Positions 47,373-53,068 of a stretch of DNA of 53,068 bases are shown in pieces. This stretch comes from a virus (taxonomy: Duplodnaviria; Caudoviricetes), in the IMG/VR virus record IMGVR_UViG_3300005298_000141, positions 1 through 53,068 of that record; one strand, 5' to 3'. A program made the position numbers and the translations under genes. The notes beneath the pieces were generated by a model. The model was not told the origin of the DNA and did not search any database. It worked only from the letters and a program-made list of their open reading frames with translations. Numbering within the stretch: the stretch's first letter is position 1; each line of letters opens with the position of its first letter.

Positions 47373-47746
47373 CTGTTCACCTCAACGCGAATACCGCGAC
47401 CGACTGTTTGCCAGCGCACGGCAGTCCGGTAATCAACTTCAACAACAATGTTCTTCTCAATCATCCACATGTACGCGTCCCGGGCAGCGCAATCGGAGAC
47501 GAGGGCAATTTCCCAGTCGCCCGTGGTGCCATCCCGGTATCTGGGTCTTATCAGCCAATGCTGACCGACATCAGCGCAGTCCCTGGATGCGACAAAGACG
47601 GTAGCCACGCTGACGTCCTCTTGCGTGAAGTGGCCCCAGCGAAGACGATTGGCGATGACCCGGTCCATGACCCCGGGGGCGTACTGGGACGCCCATCCAG
47701 CGATGATGCAGGTAGCGGCGATGGTGGTAATGGTAATGGTATTCAT
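47105..47746 (-). CDS. secreted RlpA/3D-like double-psi beta-barrel protein (putative lytic transglycosylase)
   Basis: Hydrophobic N-terminus, GWASQY, VSDCA, VEVD pattern. The 3' end overlaps terS. Confidence 0.5.
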   Translation of the reverse strand: MNTITITTIAATCIIAGWASQYAPGVMDRVIANRLRWGHFTQEDVSVATVFVASRDCADVGQHWLIRPRYRDGTTGDWEIALVSDCAARDAYMWMIEKNIVVEVDYRTAVRWQTVGRGIRVEVNRCGRTNQPYLTHHPESQEKPRRTTTLSWRSLHCTLDGEQLPKPPPSLTCPSRTLSERASPSTGLSGQESTTGPCWKPPAPCPRWRLQMQ

Positions 47747-49461
47747 CCCACAGGGTTATCAGACAGGTCTTCCCACTCGGACTGGTCAATCAAGAAGGTG
47801 GGCCATGCGCCGAAGTCATTCGTTGTGAAAAGGGCAGCGCCCAGCACGCGGCGGCCGTTCACGCTTTCCCAATCTTTTACCTGGGAGACGAAGGTAGCAA
47901 GGTCCTGACGGAACGCTCCCCAGGACGGGTAACAGGAGCGCCAGCCGGAATGAGGGTCAAATCCTGATGGGGTAAGTTTAATAGCACCGACTTCTCCGAA
48001 GAAGTACAGGGGCTTAAGCCCGTGTTTCCGGAGAATGGGGTCAACGATTTGGAGGGGGCGCATAGCCGTCTCGCGCCATTGGTCCCATACAACTGCTCCA
48101 TCAATGACGGGCCAGTAGGTATGGAAGCCCAGGATGTGCCCTCGTTCACAAAGTTTTGCCGCAGGGAGCATCAGGCGTACCTGGTACTCGGTGGGATTTC
48201 CGACCGGGAAGTTCAGCATGACCGCACGCACGTTGAACTGCTCAAGGCGTGTAGCAATTTCGCAATCCATCTTGACAACAGCGACGAAGACATCGTCTGG
48301 CGTGGGGGCCCCGATGCACTCGTTCAGAGTTTCCACATAGCACCCGGCCAGGTCAGAAAGCGTAAGGCCGCTCTGCATCAGGCGCTGGCGCAGGCCTTCC
48401 AGGTACATAGAGGCAGCAGCCGCCGGGTCCTCAGTGGCTTTTTGGACAATCTGTCCCTGGTCATAGTCGTTGAAATACGGTCTGTAGACAACGGGCGCAA
48501 GGGTTCTGAGGTGACCGATGGCTTCCGGGCACATGGTTTTGACCGAGCGAGCACGGGCGAGATAGCCGGCGAGCACGGGAGGCAGTGAAGGGGACTGGAG
48601 ATGAGCCGTAATCAGGCGCCCCTCACGGATTTGTGGGGCGGGGACAGCAGGGCGGTCCGGTTGTTGCTGAGGCGGAGAGGAGATAGCGAACTGGCGCTTG
48701 CCGCCGATGATACGGAAAGCCCGCACACCCCCAAAGCGGGCAGCGGGCAACGGCTGGACCTGGCCGGTTTCCGGGTCCAGGACACTCACGGCCTGCGTTG
48801 TGGGTTCTATAGCCAGGTAGTAGTGAGTAAACGAGGTATTAGGCAGGACCAGTTCATAGCCGCTGGACAAAAGCGTACGGATGTAGGTCAGGGACGGCTT
48901 TTGGTTGGTGTAAATGACATCTTTGTCCACCGGTGCGGCCTTCCATAGAGCGGACCAGTTTGCCAGATAGGAGCCTGCAAAAACAGACTGCGATTCAAGA
49001 AGGATGCGATTCACCACTGGAGGAGTAACGTCATAGCCGTACATCCTGAGAGCGGCGGTCAGGCACACCAGGACACACCCTGCACGCCCGATGGTCTCGT
49101 CACCCTCCCCCAATATTTCGTTTGCCCACTCCGGGTTCTTCTGGGTCAGGGCAATATCCAGGTACTGGTGGCCGCCTGTAAGGGCAAAGGCAGCCCTGAA
49201 CGGGGTGGCTTCGCGAACGGCCAAAAACTCCACGGGCCCCGGGTAGCGCTCTGCTGCGAAGTCGCGCAGGGCGTCCAGGCCTCCCCACGCTTCCGGGTTG
49301 ATGACGTAGACAGTCCTTTTGCCACCAGATGGTGGTGGGAGCAGGGCGTCATCAGCACTGGCGGTCACGGTCCATTTCCTGAGGGATGCAACGATGGCAA
49401 CAGAAGCCCACAACGCAACAGGGGCATCTTGAGGGATGAGCACAGAAACCCTATCGTACAT
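47743..49461 (-). CDS. endolysin-like protein: C39-like cysteine peptidase plus TIM-barrel glycoside hydrolase-like domain
   Basis: QKNPEW...TIGRAGC, HY, LDP triad pattern; C-terminal ETLNE, GFHTYW, FGEVG. GGAGGTG SD precedes ATG 49461. Confidence 0.7.
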   Translation of the reverse strand: MYDRVSVLIPQDAPVALWASVAIVASLRKWTVTASADDALLPPPSGGKRTVYVINPEAWGGLDALRDFAAERYPGPVEFLAVREATPFRAAFALTGGHQYLDIALTQKNPEWANEILGEGDETIGRAGCVLVCLTAALRMYGYDVTPPVVNRILLESQSVFAGSYLANWSALWKAAPVDKDVIYTNQKPSLTYIRTLLSSGYELVLPNTSFTHYYLAIEPTTQAVSVLDPETGQVQPLPAARFGGVRAFRIIGGKRQFAISSPPQQQPDRPAVPAPQIREGRLITAHLQSPSLPPVLAGYLARARSVKTMCPEAIGHLRTLAPVVYRPYFNDYDQGQIVQKATEDPAAAASMYLEGLRQRLMQSGLTLSDLAGCYVETLNECIGAPTPDDVFVAVVKMDCEIATRLEQFNVRAVMLNFPVGNPTEYQVRLMLPAAKLCERGHILGFHTYWPVIDGAVVWDQWRETAMRPLQIVDPILRKHGLKPLYFFGEVGAIKLTPSGFDPHSGWRSCYPSWGAFRQDLATFVSQVKDWESVNGRRVLGAALFTTNDFGAWPTFLIDQSEWEDLSDNPVG

Positions 49462-49810
49462 AATCCACCTCCTGGTCAGGGTGACCGAGAAGCATTCCGG
49501 CGAGCGGTTCATACCGCTCCAGCAGTGATGCTAACTGACGCAGAACGTCAGCCGTGCAGCCTGGCCGCCAGCCGTTAAATACTGGCGTAAGGCAAATGGC
49601 AATGATTTGCTCCACCACCAGAGCAGATGGTTCCTGCGACAGTGCGTCACCAAACTCAACGGACAGCAGGTCAACAAGCCTTTTCCACGCTCTGGTCCGC
49701 TCGGTAGCCGCAGCCTGGTCTACTGTTAAGTACAGCGACCACAGGTCAGGCGGCGCAGGCAATTCATCTGTTTGCGTTCTCCGGGTGACTGTGCGGCGTT
49801 CAGCGGTCAT
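49451..49810 (-). CDS. hypothetical protein
   Basis: 119 aa ORF in the operon with AGGAG SD. Confidence 0.65.
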   Translation of the reverse strand: MTAERRTVTRRTQTDELPAPPDLWSLYLTVDQAAATERTRAWKRLVDLLSVEFGDALSQEPSALVVEQIIAICLTPVFNGWRPGCTADVLRQLASLLERYEPLAGMLLGHPDQEVDYVR

Positions 49811-49811
49811 C

Positions 49812-50147
49812 TCATTCTCCTGTGTTGCTTGATTTTAATTTGGAGAGCACCCATTCTGGAATGTCAAACCATGTCCTGTGATTCACCAGGTGCCACCAGA
49901 GAGTACCTCCGACTTCTCGCACCTCATAGTCATCTCTGCCGAAGTTAAACACCAGGATTGCTTCACCGCGTGCGTTCCGTTCCTGACGCACGGAGAACCG
50001 AATATTATTCTCCCGAAGGTAGCGCAGCAACGCGTACTCCGTCCTTTTCCTGTCCGGGTATGGTGACTTCAGGATGGCGTGGACGGACGTCTTCCCGACC
50101 GGGCTGAACTCGCCGAATTTTGCCAGGATGAACAATTTCGTGCTCAT
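49812..50147 (-). CDS. hypothetical protein
   Basis: ORF 49812..50186. Start uncertain. Confidence 0.6.
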   Translation of the reverse strand: MSTKLFILAKFGEFSPVGKTSVHAILKSPYPDRKRTEYALLRYLRENNIRFSVRQERNARGEAILVFNFGRDDYEVREVGGTLWWHLVNHRTWFDIPEWVLSKLKSSNTGE

Positions 50148-50260
50148 GATGACCATCAGCCAGGAGCCTGTACCTGGGATGAGCACAGGGTGTACCGGCT
50201 ATCAGATAGCCACAACCGACACGCCTCTTTGCTACAGGGCATTCATCCGGACACCACATG

Positions 50261-50464
50261 TCACTGCTCCAACTGGACACTATCCGGCTCCGGGTAGCAG
50301 TTCATCAACCATTGCAGAACTGCCCTCAGTGTCCTTGACAGCGATGGCCTGGCAATCGGGCTCTTCGGTGGAAACAGTTTCTGCCCCAGCGTGAGAAGCC
50401 ATTGGGCCTGTTCTTTTGTAAGCACAACAGTTGTGATGACCGCTTCCTCCTTACGCTCTTCCAT
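50261..50464 (-). CDS. putative ribbon-helix-helix regulator
   Basis: GGAGG SD. TTVVLTKEQAQWL...SLSRTLR has a strand-helix-helix pattern. Confidence 0.6.
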   Translation of the reverse strand: MEERKEEAVITTVVLTKEQAQWLLTLGQKLFPPKSPIARPSLSRTLRAVLQWLMNCYPEPDSVQLEQ

Positions 50465-50645
50465 GTTTCCTCCATTCTGCACGCATGATGTAATAGAACA
50501 ACAGCCCGCCCCATACTGCAGAAATGCACATGGCCGTACGTTCACCGAGACGAAGAACAATAAACAGAAAAACTGTGCTGACAAGAGAGAAAACCAGAAT
50601 TAACATAAGCACTCTAATAATAATTGCTACCATCGGTACCCCCAC
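50451..50645 (-). CDS. small two-TM membrane protein
   Basis: 64 aa, hydrophobic, first ORF after the 50693-50721 promoter. Confidence 0.55.
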   Translation of the reverse strand: MGVPMVAIIIRVLMLILVFSLVSTVFLFIVLRLGERTAMCISAVWGGLLFYYIMRAEWRKHGRA

Positions 50646-50692
50646 AATTCCTGAACTTGCTTTTGTTTGTCGTGCTCTAATGGCTCACAACT

Positions 50693-50721
50693 ATTATAAC
50701 ATAAGTCGCCGGAATTGTCAA
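50693..50721 (-). promoter_or_regulatory. consensus sigma70 promoter heading the minus-strand operon
   Basis: Minus strand TTGACA-17 nt-TATAAT. Confidence 0.88.
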
Positions 50722-50898
50722 GCGTTAATGGGTGCGTTTGGGTGGGTTCGGGGGAATTTTAAGAAACTTTTAAGGTTTGGTGGGGAAAAATTAAAACAAA
50801 TATCGTCCATTGTTTCATTTGTTTCGTTTTATTCCATTGTGCCACCAGCCCGTTTTGCCCGGCCGCTTGCCCGTCTTTTCATGGAAAGCAAATCTTCA

Positions 50899-50995
50899 CA
50901 AAAAAGCAATGAGGCCCGGCCCAGGGAAGGGGGGGAACCCGCAAGAGACACACCGAAAGGAGGTGCTGAGAAGCCGGAGGCCAGGCCGGGCCTCG
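50899..50995 (-). ncRNA. candidate small RNA carrying an anti-Shine-Dalgarno sequence
   Basis: Own promoter, 11-bp perfect closing stem, internal CACCUCCUUUC, trailing U-run. Confidence 0.55.
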
Positions 50996-51001
50996 TGAGC
51001 C

Positions 51002-51030
51002 ATGATATATCATCCCCACTAAAGTGTCAA
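51002..51030 (-). promoter_or_regulatory. sigma70-type promoter of the candidate sRNA
   Basis: Minus strand TTGACA-17 nt-TATCAT. Confidence 0.75.
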
Positions 51031-51107
51031 GCGCCGCTGCGCAAATATTAACTGCTACCCATCATCACCTGGAAACCCCCTACGCTATGCTGTCGCCTAT
51101 CTCCCTA

Positions 51108-51404
51108 TCAGGTGCCTGCGCCTCCCCCTACCCGCCAAATGCTACCACCCTGCTTCATCTCGCTCTCCGGCACACCAGCAAAAAACCAACCAACCGGACA
51201 ATGATACACCTCCGCAAGCGTCTCCAACTGACACAGCGTCGGCGACTCCAAAGTCTCATCATCCATTTCCCCCATCTCCCACCTGACCAGTTCGTCAACA
51301 CTCACCGGACACCCATAAGGTACCACAACAGTCAGCCGGGATACTTCCTCGTAACTGTAGCCCAGCCTCTCTCTGGCATACCTCAACGCCTCTGGCTTTA
51401 TCAT
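51108..51404 (-). CDS. XRE-family HTH regulator
   Basis: LRYARERLGYS...WEMG...PTLCQLETLAEVYHCPVGWFF. GGAGGTG SD precedes ATG 51404. Confidence 0.85.
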   Translation of the reverse strand: MIKPEALRYARERLGYSYEEVSRLTVVVPYGCPVSVDELVRWEMGEMDDETLESPTLCQLETLAEVYHCPVGWFFAGVPESEMKQGGSIWRVGGGAGT

Positions 51405-51936
51405 TTTTCCACCTCCGCTGATACGCCGTCCATTGATACCGTACCACAACGCAAAGAAAAAGTCAAGAGACGATTATTTGAACAGGGGAAAAGGGAAGCG
51501 GTGAGTAAAAGGGTTGGACTATGCCTGTCAGCCATTTTTATGATAATTATCACGTATATCCCCCAAACTTTCAAAATATTTCAAACCCCCTACTTTATCC
51601 CACTTATCTTTTTTATCACCCTTTTCGCCGTATTATTCTTTTTAGCCCAAATAACGCCAATCTTCATTATCGCCGGTATCTCCAAAACGATATAGCGATT
51701 ATCGTTGTGGCGCGGTTTTTGTTTATCCTCAACATCATCCTCAACATCCGGGCTTGCCCGCAGCACAAATTGCAAAGTCTATGTTTTAGTCTTTTTTAAA
51801 CTTTCGGCCTTCTTTATCTACGATACCGAAATTCGTAGTTTGGGCATCCGCAAATTGTGAACTGCGAAATTTGGAAGCACTTTGTGTTATTAAGTCAATA
51901 AGGTTTTGTGGAAAAAGAAATAGTACTACGGTACTA

Positions 51937-51964
51937 TTTACAAATTTTTTGCACGGGTTATCAT
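51937..51964 (+). promoter_or_regulatory. putative early promoter
   Basis: TTTACA-16 nt-TATCAT in an AT-rich region, upstream of AAGGAGGTG and ATG 52004. Confidence 0.5.
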
Positions 51965-52003
51965 GGTGTTGACAAACGAACGTTTTTCCGCAAGGAGGTG
52001 AAT

Positions 52004-52225
52004 ATGGAGGTAAGGGTGAAACAGGGCCTGCACAAGGGCCACAAATGCGTGGCCACGGTAGGCCGGGAAGATGGAAAGGTGATGTACCATGCCCGATGCC
52101 TGACTTGTCAGACGATGGCTGTCTACGAGAACGTGAATGGGCAATGGTACTATCGGAAGGGGGACAGATACTTGTCCCCCGCGCATACTCATACCCATGC
52201 CCATTTCAAAGGAGGGAAAAAATGA
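52004..52225 (+). CDS. small Cys/His-rich protein
   Basis: AAGGAGGTG SD. HKC...CLTC. Confidence 0.7.
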   Translation: MEVRVKQGLHKGHKCVATVGREDGKVMYHARCLTCQTMAVYENVNGQWYYRKGDRYLSPAHTHTHAHFKGGKK

Positions 52226-52896
52226 CACAGATGAACATCAGCCCAGAAGAGCTCTTGCTTCTTCAAGAAGCCAGAAGGCTTGGCATCACCAGCCGACTGG
52301 CGGAAATGATTAAGCAAGAAAAGGAAGAACGGGAACGGAAGCAAGCCGCCGAGAAAGCCGGTACCCTGGCGTACCGGATTTACCAGGCCGCCACCGGCAT
52401 CGTGAACGGCGACCAGAGCGTTACCGTTACCATTACGGTAACGGTAGAATACGAAAGCGGCAAATTCGTCGTGGGAACCTACCCGCCGCAAACGAGAAGC
52501 CGGACCGAGAAGGCCAAGACCGGGCCCACTGCCGACACCGAGATTGACCGAATCATTGAGGCGGCAAGGCGGGCGGGAGTCCTTGACCAAGTTGAGAAGG
52601 CGGTCAAACAGGAGTTTGACCGCAGGAAACTCAAGCTATGGCAAGGACTGAAGGTAGCGCTACGGTCGGCATGGGCGCGGGAAATTGCTTACCGCTTTGT
52701 TCCTAAACCCGACCCGACCCAGGCCGACCCGACCCAGGCCGACCCGACCCAGACCGACCCGACCCAGGCCGACCCGACCCAGGCCGACCTGACCCAGACC
52801 GACCCGACCCAGACCGACCCGACCCAGACCGACCCGACCCAGACCGACCCGACCCAGACCGACCCGACCGCCGGGCATCGCCGCCAGAAGAAGTAG
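52222..52896 (+). CDS. hypothetical protein with C-terminal DPTQ(A/T) repeats
   Basis: GGAGG SD and ATGA overlap at 52222. Followed by a terminator. Confidence 0.75.
   Translation: MTQMNISPEELLLLQEARRLGITSRLAEMIKQEKEERERKQAAEKAGTLAYRIYQAATGIVNGDQSVTVTITVTVEYESGKFVVGTYPPQTRSRTEKAKTGPTADTEIDRIIEAARRAGVLDQVEKAVKQEFDRRKLKLWQGLKVALRSAWAREIAYRFVPKPDPTQADPTQADPTQTDPTQADPTQADLTQTDPTQTDPTQTDPTQTDPTQTDPTAGHRRQKK
52711..52869. repeat. 15-bp in-frame tandem repeat GACCCGACCCAG(G/A)CC, 10 full copies plus a partial
   Basis: Read directly. Encodes DPTQA/DPTQT. Confidence 0.95.
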
Positions 52897-52905
52897 ACCG
52901 ACGGC

Positions 52906-52947
52906 AACACGGTGGGGGATAACAAAATATCCCCTACCGTGTTTTTT
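52906..52947 (+). terminator. intrinsic terminator
   Basis: AACACGGTGGGGGATA-acaaaa-TATCCCCTACCGTGTT followed by TTTT. Confidence 0.85.
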
Positions 52948-52976
52948 GGCGAGAAATAAAGAAGATAAACACAGGT

Positions 52977-53050
52977 ACCGACCCGACCAGACCGACCCGA
53001 CCAGACCGACCCGACCAGACCGACCCGACCAGACCGACCCGCCCAGACCG
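52977..53050. repeat. 14-bp tandem repeat, same unit as 1-66
   Basis: Read directly. About 4.5 copies, then degenerates. Confidence 0.93.
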
Positions 53051-53068
53051 AAGCACCCAGACACACCA

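Noticed and set aside
50911-50994. tRNA or 16S rRNA fragment
   Set aside because: No cloverleaf or T-loop, and the rRNA-like match is only 11 nt. Reported as a candidate sRNA instead.
50524-51799. Plus-strand ORFs 50524..51051, 51024..51695 and 51521..51799
   Set aside because: They overlap well-supported minus-strand promoters and genes or AT-rich regulatory DNA, and lack SDs or motifs.
52660-53066. Minus-strand ORFs with GRVGL / VGSVW repeats
   Set aside because: Products of the stop-free tandem repeat.
52711-53068. CRISPR array
   Set aside because: The repeats are contiguous 14/15-mers with no unique spacers, and there are no cas genes.

Overview
This window looks like a near-complete ~53 kb tailed-phage (siphovirus-like) genome. 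Both ends break in the same 14-bp tandem repeat, so it is probably circular or terminally redundant. A plus-strand early/middle arm (52004 to the end, continuing 1-23274) converges at ~23.3 kb with a minus-strand late arm (51404 down to 23374). The plus arm carries an Flp-pilin-like gene, a MoxR-type AAA+ ATPase with a metallopeptidase/VWA partner, and then a 10.5 kb tandem array of 13 divergent ~260 aa paralogues of unknown function. After those come a promoter cluster with a G-tract, RusA, a DinG-like helicase and a holin. The minus arm carries regulators, an endolysin-like protein, terminase, portal, capsid, tail and tape measure genes. The most striking items are: (1) the 13-member paralogue array; (2) an 1103 aa protein at the prohead-protease position that fuses ATP-dependent DNA ligase, N6-adenine methyltransferase, a LigD-phosphoesterase-like domain and an HK97-type protease; (3) a candidate ~90 nt small RNA carrying the 16S anti-Shine-Dalgarno sequence; (4) a phage Flp pilin; (5) apparent TCGA/GATC/AGCT avoidance. 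I recognised no DNA polymerase, primase, integrase, tRNA or CRISPR array. All calls come from reading motifs by eye; no database searches were run.
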